Positions 1-6,769 of a stretch of DNA of 28,660 nucleotides are shown here, one piece after another. The stretch is from a virus (taxonomy: Duplodnaviria; Caudoviricetes), in the IMG/VR virus record IMGVR_UViG_3300047288_000113, positions 1-28,660 of that record; one strand, written 5' to 3'. Under the pieces are notes generated by a model. That model made no database searches and had not been told where the DNA came from. It saw only the letters and a list, made by a program, of their open reading frames with translations. A program made the position numbers and the translations under genes. Within the stretch, counting starts at the first letter, position 1; the number at the start of each line of letters is the position of its first letter.

Positions 1-111
1 AACAAGGGCTAAGGCGCAGCGGGAATTTGGGACGACTTGGTGGTGGGCGCCCGGTCAGGATTTTGAGCAGGCGCGCGCTCCGAACATTGCGAATATTGTA
101 GGGGCTAGATA

Positions 112-987
112 ATGACTGTCGCATCGCAAACCAGCCGGGTTGAATACACAGGCAACGGGTCAACGACCGCGTTTTCGGTTCCTTTTTATTTCTTGACCAA
201 TGGCGATCTGAAGGTCTACAAGGCAGGCGTTCTTCAGACGATTACGACCAATTACACAGTGTCCGGTGCTGGCAATGAGTCCGGCGGCACCGTGACTTTT
301 GTGGCTGCGCCGACTGCTGGCCAGGCTGTGGTGATCTTCCGCGATCCGGCGCTGACGCAAGAGACCGACTACCCGCCCAATGATCCTTTCCCGGCGGCAT
401 CGCACGAGCGTGCGCTGGATCGCCTGACCATGATCACGCAGCGGCTCAATGACAAGCTAGGCCAGGCGCTGCTGGTTTCTGATGATGAACAGTTTGGCGC
501 GCAGCTGCCGGCCAAATCGGTGCGGGCCAACCGCTACCTGACATTTGATGCCAACGGCAACCCGTCCACATCGGGGCAGGACGTTCAAGCGCTGGCAGAT
601 CAGGCACAGGATTCCGCAGATGATGCAGCTGCATCTGCCCAAGCATCGGCTGACAGCGCATCGACTGCGGCAGGCGTGGCGTCAACAATTAATGCGGCAT
701 TAAACAGTTTTAATAATTCGCTTGAGGCCACGGTTCCGTCGTTCCATGTGTTTTCTGGAAATGGTTCCACGACCGCATTCAATCTGACTGTCACGCCTAC
801 AACCGAGGATGCTATCGATGTCTACATCAGCGGCGTGTATCAGCAAAAAACAACTTATTCTTTATCGGGTTTGACAGTCACATTTACGACTGCACCGCCG
901 TCTGGCACCAACAACATTGAGATCAAGGTTGCGCCGCTGGTAGCGTTTCAGACCACGGCCAACGTTGACTACGGTCTGATCATCTAG
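112..987 (+). CDS. Tail fibre protein (T7 gp17-like N-terminal anchor domain)
   Basis: N-terminus YTGNGSTTAFSVPFYF...HERALDRLTMITQ is typical of podovirus fibre anchors. It is followed by an Ala/Ser-rich linker and a second GNGSTTAF domain copy near 751. Lies directly upstream of mtd. Confidence 0.85.
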   Translation: MTVASQTSRVEYTGNGSTTAFSVPFYFLTNGDLKVYKAGVLQTITTNYTVSGAGNESGGTVTFVAAPTAGQAVVIFRDPALTQETDYPPNDPFPAASHERALDRLTMITQRLNDKLGQALLVSDDEQFGAQLPAKSVRANRYLTFDANGNPSTSGQDVQALADQAQDSADDAAASAQASADSASTAAGVASTINAALNSFNNSLEATVPSFHVFSGNGSTTAFNLTVTPTTEDAIDVYISGVYQQKTTYSLSGLTVTFTTAPPSGTNNIEIKVAPLVAFQTTANVDYGLII

Positions 988-997
988 GAGAGATTCT

Positions 998-2251
998 ATG
1001 GCTGGCACACAAGTTCAACGGCGGCGCGGCACTACGGCGCAGCACGCCACATTTACGGGAGCTGAAGGCGAGATAACCGTCGACACGACCAAAAAAACTG
1101 CAGTTGTTCACGACGGCGCAACTTCAGGTGGACATCCGTTGTTGAAAGAGTCTGCAATCGGGACAACGGTTCAAGGCTACGATCCTGACATTCCAACGGT
1201 GTTTGCAACGCAAGCCGAAATGGAAGCTGGCACAGAAGCCGCTTTGCGGTCTATGTCTCCGCTGCGCGTGGCGCAGGCAATTAATGCATTGTCAGTAAGT
1301 CGAGGTTTATTCAAAAAAGCAGACTCTACTATCGTTGCGTGGACAAAAACTGGCAACGGAACGGCAACAACCGCAACGACCCTGTATGTTGAAGTCAATG
1401 GGAATATCAAGACCATTGCCAGCGGAACGTCTATCACCATGCCAACGCTGTCTGCTGGAACAGACTATGCAATCTGGGCTAAGACAGATGGAACGCTGGA
1501 AGCCACTTCAAACTTTACTTCTCCACCTACCGCTAATGCTCGTCAGGTTGGTGGATTCCACTATGCGCCGGGCGGCAATGCTACGGGCCAATCTGGTGGA
1601 AACACCACGGCTCAGATTAACGAATACTCGTTCTGGGACTTGAAGTGGCGACCAGCTTGTCCCGACCCACGAGGAATGACCTTGGTGGGCGGCGGCTTTT
1701 GGGCTGACATTTACCTGACCGGTGTTGACGCAATTACCAACGGCTCCTCCAAATACAATGTGACGATGGCTGATGGGTCTAGTCCGCCAAAGATTTCCGC
1801 AAAATTCGGCGGCAACGGCTCAACGACTTATGGCTCTTATACTTGGTTTGAAGCCTGTGAACACGCCTGTGCTTTTGGCAAACGCTTGCCGACTCAGCGT
1901 GAATTCATGGCTCTGGCTTATGGAACCACCGAGGCATCAAGTGTTGGATCAGACCAAGTATCGACTGTTCTGAACGCTGCTTACACTTCCAAGTGGGGTG
2001 TCATTCAGTCGTCAGGTGTGCTTTATTCTTGGGCAGACGACCGTGGCGGACCGTTCGCAGCCGCAAGCTGGAACGCCAATACCGAAGGCAGGGGTTCTGA
2101 ATACAACGCTCCCAACGCTGGCATCCTGGGCGGCTACTGGAACGCCGGGTCGAACGCCGGTTCCCGCTGCTCGTTTTGGGGCGTCGCCGCCTCGTACTCG
2201 AGCAATAACATCGGGTCGCGGTTCGTCTGTGACCACCTGCAACTTGATTAA
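998..2251 (+). CDS. mtd: Major tropism determinant-like receptor-binding protein, DGR target
   Basis: Mtd_N motif QRRRGTTAQHATFTGAEGEITVDT; C-terminal CLec-type region ending GSRFVCDHLQLD; carries the VR; AGGAG RBS upstream. Confidence 0.93.
   Translation: MAGTQVQRRRGTTAQHATFTGAEGEITVDTTKKTAVVHDGATSGGHPLLKESAIGTTVQGYDPDIPTVFATQAEMEAGTEAALRSMSPLRVAQAINALSVSRGLFKKADSTIVAWTKTGNGTATTATTLYVEVNGNIKTIASGTSITMPTLSAGTDYAIWAKTDGTLEATSNFTSPPTANARQVGGFHYAPGGNATGQSGGNTTAQINEYSFWDLKWRPACPDPRGMTLVGGGFWADIYLTGVDAITNGSSKYNVTMADGSSPPKISAKFGGNGSTTYGSYTWFEACEHACAFGKRLPTQREFMALAYGTTEASSVGSDQVSTVLNAAYTSKWGVIQSSGVLYSWADDRGGPFAAASWNANTEGRGSEYNAPNAGILGGYWNAGSNAGSRCSFWGVAASYSSNNIGSRFVCDHLQLD
2117..2231 (+). repeat. 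DGR variable repeat (VR)
   Basis: 115-nt ungapped match to 2642-2756 with 14 mismatches, 13 of them at TR adenines. Confidence 0.97.
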
Positions 2252-2267
2252 ACGAGCGAAAGCGAGT
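2226..2267 (+). promoter_or_regulatory. IMH element and downstream GAAA-loop hairpin
   Basis: TCTGTGACCACCTGCAACTTG at the VR 3' end diverges from TCTGTGTCTACACCACTTTAC after TR (IMH vs IMH*). ACGAGC-GAAA-GCGAGT follows at 2252-2267. Confidence 0.7.
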
Positions 2268-2637
2268 GAATCCAGTCGAGGAGTCAACCAAGTGCTACGA
2301 CCAAATGGCAATTGTGGAGAAATACGAGAGAGTTATTGCGTATCTTTACCCAATCGCTCAGTCAATGCCAAGAAAGCATGGTGTGGCAAGAGAAATGTTT
2401 TTGCGGTGTCTGTTGGGTCAGCCAGACCTATTCTTTCAGGCAGGAAAAAGCACTCAAGTAAGCAAGATTTATGCTGCGGATGCGGGGCTGGCGCAACTGC
2501 GGTTTTGGATGCGATTTCTTGTTTCTCTCAGGTGCATGACAGCGCACCAACTTCAAACTGCGCAAGTATTAGTCGCAGAGGTTGGCGCAATGGTAGGCGC
2601 ATGGGTGAAACGGAAAAAGCAGGGGCAGTCTGGGTAA
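2266..2637 (+). CDS. avd: DGR accessory variability determinant Avd
   Basis: 123 aa, basic and helical (YERVIAYLYPIAQSMPRKHG...AGKS.QVSK.YAADAGLA.LRFW), matching recalled BPP-1 Avd; lies between VR and TR; GTG start. Confidence 0.93.
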   Translation: MNPVEESTKCYDQMAIVEKYERVIAYLYPIAQSMPRKHGVAREMFLRCLLGQPDLFFQAGKSTQVSKIYAADAGLAQLRFWMRFLVSLRCMTAHQLQTAQVLVAEVGAMVGAWVKRKKQGQSG

Positions 2638-2641
2638 AAAT

Positions 2642-2756
2642 GCTGGCATCCTGGGCGGCAACTGGAACAACGGGTCGAACTCCGGTTCACGCTGCTCGAA
2701 TTGGAACAACGCCGCATCGAACTCGAACAATAACATCGGGTCGCGGTTCGTCTGTG
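2642..2756 (+). repeat. DGR template repeat (TR)
   Basis: Intergenic copy of VR with 26 adenines, 22 of them in 11 AAY codons in the VR frame. Confidence 0.97.
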
Positions 2757-2903
2757 TCTACACCACTTTACCGCTTTGCAAACGCCACGGCCTTGCAAGC
2801 AGACCAATCAAAGTGTGGTCAGCCAGACCTGTCCTCCTTCGGGGAATACACTTCCGGGTTCGGTAGAACACCAAGTAGGAAATCCAACGGTGGAGCCGAC
2901 TTT
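2757..2903 (+). ncRNA. DGR RNA 3' part (IMH* and structured spacer)
   Basis: About 147 nt between TR and the RT start, with several stems and complementarity (2823-2834) to the avd 3' end (2623-2633). Confidence 0.7.
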
Positions 2904-3887
2904 ATGCCAAAGCGACACAGGCACCTGATTGACCGGATTGTGACGATAGACAACTTGCGGGACGCTTACCGCAAGACCGCCAAAAACAAGCGCATGACAT
3001 GGGGCTACCTTGAATTCAAGGAATACGCCGAGTCAAACTTATTGTTGGTGCAACAAGAATTGGCAGATGGCGCTTACAAGATTGGCGGCTACCGTGAGTT
3101 TACGATCTACGAGCCAAAGCCGCGCTTGATTTCCGCTTTGGATTTCAAAGACAGGCTGGTGCAACACGCGCTATGCAATGTCATTGGTCCGATATTTGAA
3201 AAAACCTTAATGCCATACACCTTTGCCTGCCGGGTTGGAATGGGAACCCATGCTGGGGTGCGCCACATCCAGTCCAGGATGCGGTCTAGCCACGCAAGCC
3301 ATTTTCTAAAGACAGACTTTTCAAAGTTTTTTCCAAGTGTTGATCATGCCGTGTTGCACGACATGATTGATCGCAAAATTGGGTGCGAGAAAACTTTGAA
3401 AATACTTCGGGAGATTATTTCTGTTGATGGCATTGGCATACCAATCGGCAGCTTGACTTCACAGCTATTTGCAAATGTCTACGGCAATCCGCTTGACCGC
3501 TTTATTCATTTTGATCTTGGCCATCATAACTGGGCACGATACATGGACGACATTGTTATTTTGGATAAGGACCCAGCACGATTGCGAGACTCCTTCCAAG
3601 CAATAAGTGAGTTTTCTCACAAGAACCTTCGACTTAAAATCAGTAAGTGGTCTGTCGGTCCGTTGTCTCAAGGCGTGAACTTTCTTGGTTATCGGATATG
3701 GCATGACCACAAACTGTTGCGTAAAGACTCGGTTGTGCGTGCCAAAAGAAAAGTTGCAAGGTTTGTAAAGCATAACGACACAGAATCACTGAATAAGTTT
3801 ATCGCATCTTGGTCTGGTCACGCGCAATGGGCCAACACAAACAATCTTTTTAATTGGATGGAGAATAAATATGGCTTTGCTTTCTAA
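2904..3887 (+). CDS. brt: DGR reverse transcriptase (327 aa)
   Basis: Motifs KDRLVQHA, LKTDFSKFFPS, GIPIGSLTSQLFAN (DGR-type SQ), RYMDD, FLGY; ATG at 2904 preceded by GGAG. Confidence 0.97.
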   Translation: MPKRHRHLIDRIVTIDNLRDAYRKTAKNKRMTWGYLEFKEYAESNLLLVQQELADGAYKIGGYREFTIYEPKPRLISALDFKDRLVQHALCNVIGPIFEKTLMPYTFACRVGMGTHAGVRHIQSRMRSSHASHFLKTDFSKFFPSVDHAVLHDMIDRKIGCEKTLKILREIISVDGIGIPIGSLTSQLFANVYGNPLDRFIHFDLGHHNWARYMDDIVILDKDPARLRDSFQAISEFSHKNLRLKISKWSVGPLSQGVNFLGYRIWHDHKLLRKDSVVRAKRKVARFVKHNDTESLNKFIASWSGHAQWANTNNLFNWMENKYGFAF

Positions 3888-4119
3888 AATCATCATCAAT
3901 ACTCGTGAAGATTTGGATGCTGTTAAAGGAACGCCCGAGTACGCGGAGTTTATGACGTTTCTCAAAGGTTCTATGACTCGTAAGCAAAACGTTCAGGTCC
4001 ACCCAGAAGGTTACGGACAACCTGGGTATGAAGGCGAAACACTTGAGCCGATCTGGGAGGATGTTGAGGATTTGTCTACAATTGAAAGATTTGGTTTTCA
4101 AAAAACAGATTTTGAATAA
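3871..4119 (+). CDS. Small acidic hypothetical protein overlapping the RT stop
   Basis: 82 aa; GGAG RBS; overlaps RT by 17 nt; same AT-rich composition as the DGR. Confidence 0.75.
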   Translation: MALLSKIIINTREDLDAVKGTPEYAEFMTFLKGSMTRKQNVQVHPEGYGQPGYEGETLEPIWEDVEDLSTIERFGFQKTDFE

Positions 4120-4155
4120 ACTTACTCACACACAAAATAAGAAAGGAATCACGCC

Positions 4156-4407
4156 GTGACTGACTGCCCAGACAATCCCATGTGCCAAGAAGCGGCTGAT
4201 CGCGCTGTGAAAAAAGTTTTTGCGATCCTTGGCGTGGACATCGACAAGCCGGAGTCGGTCGAGGAATTCCGAGAGGATCTGCGCTTTGGCAGGCGCATGC
4301 GCAAAGCTGCAGACCACGGCACGCTTGCCATCGTTGGGCTGGTGATTGTCGGTCTTGGCGCTGCGGTGTGGTCTGGCGTCGTGGCACAGGTTGCCGGTCA
4401 CAAGTGA
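4156..4407 (+). CDS. Single-TM membrane protein, possible holin or antiholin
   Basis: AAGGA RBS; C-terminal hydrophobic helix; first gene of the lysis cluster. Confidence 0.6.
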   Translation: MTDCPDNPMCQEAADRAVKKVFAILGVDIDKPESVEEFREDLRFGRRMRKAADHGTLAIVGLVIVGLGAAVWSGVVAQVAGHK

Positions 4408-4862
4408 TGTGGTTTCCATATCGCTTGGCTATCTACGGCGGCTTTGCTGCTGTTATTGCTTTGTCGGCCTGGTGGTACGGCAGGGCAGGCGCTATGGAAA
4501 AGTTCGAGGCTTTTAAGACCGAGATTCGTATTCAGGAAGAGCGCCGCAAGGTGGAGCAAAAAGCGATCACCGAGCGCGTGGTGATTCAGTACCGCGACCG
4601 GATCAGGGTCGTAAAGGAGCAGGCCAATGAAACAAAAACACAAGCTGCTGCTGTTGCCGGCACTTGCCCTGCTGCTGTCGGGGTGTTCCACGACGCTGCA
4701 GCCTTGCAACTTCCCGCAGCCACCGGCGGAGCTGATGACGCCACCGTTGGAGCTGCAACCGTTGCCAGCACCGTCGTCGAAAACTACGGGCGCTGCCACC
4801 AAAACGCCGAGCAATTAAAGGCGCTGCAGGAATGGGTGAGACGCAATGCGGCTGTTAAGTGA
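4407..4862 (+). CDS. Rz: Inner-membrane spanin (Rz-like)
   Basis: TGATG overlap start; N-terminal TM followed by coiled coil; contains a nested lipoprotein gene. Confidence 0.85.
   Translation: MWFPYRLAIYGGFAAVIALSAWWYGRAGAMEKFEAFKTEIRIQEERRKVEQKAITERVVIQYRDRIRVVKEQANETKTQAAAVAGTCPAAVGVFHDAAALQLPAATGGADDATVGAATVASTVVENYGRCHQNAEQLKALQEWVRRNAAVK
4627..4818 (+). CDS. Rz1: Outer-membrane lipoprotein spanin (Rz1-like), fully embedded in Rz
   Basis: AAGGAG RBS; signal peptide with lipobox LLSG-C; Pro-rich mature part; +1 frame inside Rz. Confidence 0.88.
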   Translation: MKQKHKLLLLPALALLLSGCSTTLQPCNFPQPPAELMTPPLELQPLPAPSSKTTGAATKTPSN

Positions 4863-5052
4863 CTGGCGCGAGATCGTGCGCAAGGCTTGGAGCATCCGGC
4901 TGATCCTTCTGGCCGCGCTGCTGTCGGGCGTCGAGGTGGTGCTGCCGTTTTTCTCTAGGTCTATGCCGCATGGCGTTTTTGCTGGCCTGTCGTTTGTCGC
5001 GGTGTCTGGCGCGTTCGTGGCCAGGATAATGGCGCAGCGCAATCTGCCATGA
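4846..5052 (+). CDS. Putative holin (2 TM)
   Basis: 68 aa with two hydrophobic helices; ATGA overlap with the endolysin. Confidence 0.7.
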   Translation: MRLLSDWREIVRKAWSIRLILLAALLSGVEVVLPFFSRSMPHGVFAGLSFVAVSGAFVARIMAQRNLP

Positions 5053-5567
5053 AACACCCGCGCATCGCTGTTGCTGCCCTGAGCCTGTCGGCTGCTGGCT
5101 TTGTCGGCATCCTGCTCAGTGAGGGGTATACCGACACGGCCATCATTCCGACCAAGGGCGATGTGCCGACGCTTGGCTTTGGATCCACGTTTCGTGAGGA
5201 TGGATCTCGCGTGCAGATGGGCGACCGGATCACGCCACCGAAGGCCGTTGCCCGCAGCGCTGCCCATATTGCCAAGGACGAGCGCGGTTTGAAGGCGTGC
5301 GTTACTGCGCCGATGAGCCAGGTGGAGTACGATATCTTGGTGGACTTTTCGTACCAGTACGGGGTGGCGGCTACGTGCCGCAGTTCGATGGTGCGGTTTA
5401 TAAATGAGGGGCGCTACGCGCAGGCGTGCGAGTCTTACGGGCTTTATAAGCGCAGTCAAGGACGGGACTGCTCGCAGCCTGAGCATTGGGGGCCGGGCGG
5501 GTGCAAAGGCGTATGGCTTCGCAATCAGGAGCGCAGGGCTCAGTGTTTAGAGGCGCAGTCGAATTAA
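5049..5567 (+). CDS. Endolysin, GH24 lysozyme, probable SAR type
   Basis: Weakly hydrophobic Ala/Gly-rich N-terminus followed by EGY...GDVPTLGFGST catalytic region; C-terminal GVWLRNQERRAQC. Confidence 0.88.
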   Translation: MKHPRIAVAALSLSAAGFVGILLSEGYTDTAIIPTKGDVPTLGFGSTFREDGSRVQMGDRITPPKAVARSAAHIAKDERGLKACVTAPMSQVEYDILVDFSYQYGVAATCRSSMVRFINEGRYAQACESYGLYKRSQGRDCSQPEHWGPGGCKGVWLRNQERRAQCLEAQSN

Positions 5568-5588
5568 CGGGAAAGGCAGGGCCGATGG

Positions 5589-5738
5589 GTGACAACACAG
5601 GTTACGACGGGTTTGATTGCGGACAATGCGGTGACTGCTGGCAAGCTGGCAGACACTCTTGATCTGTCGGCTAAGACGCTGACGCTATCCAACGCTCAGA
5701 AAGCCGTTGACTACATAGAGATCCGCGACGAAAAATCA
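5589..5738 (+). pseudogene. 5' fragment of a fibre-like structural gene, truncated at the tRNA-like sequence
   Basis: MTTQVTTGLIADNAVTAGKLAD...YIEIRDEKS looks like a phage fibre N-terminus; the frame then runs into tRNA-derived DNA. Confidence 0.6.
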
Positions 5739-5773
5739 CGGTGTCGGTGGTTCGATTCCGCCCCTGGGCACCA
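5732..5773 (+). other. attP-like core: 3' half of a tRNA, most likely tRNA-Phe(GAA)
   Basis: AAAA-TCACG-GTGTC-GGTGG-TTCGATT-CCGCC-CCTGGGC-A-CCA gives anticodon 3' side, variable loop, T arm, acceptor strand and CCA. No 5' half upstream. Confidence 0.85.
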
Positions 5774-5804
5774 CGGTTTCTGCGGCATGCGCGCTTTCCC
5801 TAAT

Positions 5805-5839
5805 GTTGTATTTTTACAACTGGGTCACAGATGGGTCAC
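5805..5839. repeat. Inverted repeat plus tandem TGGGTCAC pair (possible integrase arm-type sites)
   Basis: GTTGTA-TTTT-TACAAC at 5805-5820; TGGGTCAC at 5821 and 5832 (11-bp period), about 50 bp from the att core. Confidence 0.5.
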
Positions 5840-5919
5840 GAAGCTGCCCAAAGGTAGCCCATTAGCCAGCCCGCCACGTAGATCAGCACCACTGCGATTC
5901 CCTGTCTGCGCGTGTTCAT
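5836..5919 (-). CDS. 27-aa hydrophobic peptide
   Basis: MNTRRQGIAVVLIYVAGWLMGYLWAAS; ATGA overlap with the upstream gene. Confidence 0.5.
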   Translation of the reverse strand: MNTRRQGIAVVLIYVAGWLMGYLWAAS

Positions 5920-6293
5920 GATGCCCGGCCCGTCAGCTTTGATTCGATGGCTTTGGCAAACGCGTAGACTTCTTGGTGCTCACTCCACAGTTGCCCAATT
6001 TCAGTGTGGCTTAGTTTTCGCGGCTCGGGTTTAGACTGCGCTGGTTGATCACTTGCGAGGCCGCCCCAATAAGTCATGGGTCTACCTTTCTCATCGTTTT
6101 GTTTCGGCTGCGCTAGTCGGTCACGCTTTACATGGTCGTGCATCGCCATCATTGCGTTTGCAAACCATCCAGTCATTAAACCTTCGTCAATATCTTCTAT
6201 GCGCCACTCTTTTTCTTTAACTGTAGCCATGAAGAACTTAGCCCATGCTTGTGCGTCGGGGTTGCTATGTATGCTTTTGTCGTAATCGCTCAT
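5916..6293 (-). CDS. Hypothetical early protein
   Basis: Start MSDYDKS at an ATGA junction with AAGGAG RBS. Confidence 0.75.
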   Translation of the reverse strand: MSDYDKSIHSNPDAQAWAKFFMATVKEKEWRIEDIDEGLMTGWFANAMMAMHDHVKRDRLAQPKQNDEKGRPMTYWGGLASDQPAQSKPEPRKLSHTEIGQLWSEHQEVYAFAKAIESKLTGRAS

Positions 6294-6769
6294 GTGTTCT
6301 TCTCCTTTAGTTTGGCTTCGATGGTACGGGCAAATAGTTGCAGTCCTTCTGCAAGCGTCATTGGATTTCCATAAGATGGCTCCCATTCCGTCTTGTCGAT
6401 TTCCTCATCCGTCAGCCCAACCCATTCACGCTTTGGTGGTGCGGTGTAGAGTGGTTTAAGACCAAGTACTGTGTCGCCACGAAACACAGGTTTTGCGCCC
6501 CATACAAACTCATGGCGGTCTTTATATTGGACTACCCACAAACCAGGCTCATGTCGATGTTTTGCTGTTTCATCGACAGGTTTTTCACCACACGGCCCAT
6601 CACAACCAATACTTGTTTCGCATTCTGGATAGATACACTCTTGTTCAGGCTGCGATAGTGCTTGGCGTAGTGCTTCCATTGCTTCGTCTAAAAACGGGGC
6701 GTTTGCAAACCGAAGTTCTTCCAAAGCCTCCAACGCCATCTCTGCTGCTTTGCGTAGTTCGTCAGTCAT
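6290..6769 (-). CDS. Hypothetical early protein, mosaic paralog (PLYTAPP...WVGLT...EAKLKEKNT)
   Basis: AAGGAG RBS; ATGA overlaps at both ends; shares DNA blocks with 6766-7104. Confidence 0.8.
   Translation of the reverse strand: MTDELRKAAEMALEALEELRFANAPFLDEAMEALRQALSQPEQECIYPECETSIGCDGPCGEKPVDETAKHRHEPGLWVVQYKDRHEFVWGAKPVFRGDTVLGLKPLYTAPPKREWVGLTDEEIDKTEWEPSYGNPMTLAEGLQLFARTIEAKLKEKNT

Noticed and set aside
2117-2756. CRISPR array, group II intron or retron explanation for the repeat plus RT
   Set aside because: Only two copies with adenine-specific differences, an Avd gene and a DGR-type RT; no spacer array or maturase/endonuclease domain.
1998-2903. 629-aa ORF suggesting a long N-terminal extension of the RT
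   Set aside because: The extension runs out of frame through mtd, avd, TR and the spacer and looks non-protein-like. RT homology and an RBS begin at ATG 2904.
5700-5773. Complete phage tRNA gene
   Set aside because: No D arm or 5' acceptor strand upstream; only the 3' half is present.
5739-5921. C-terminal half of the 110-aa ORF 5589-5921 as real protein
   Set aside because: It is read-through across tRNA-derived and att-arm DNA and overlaps a minus-strand peptide gene.
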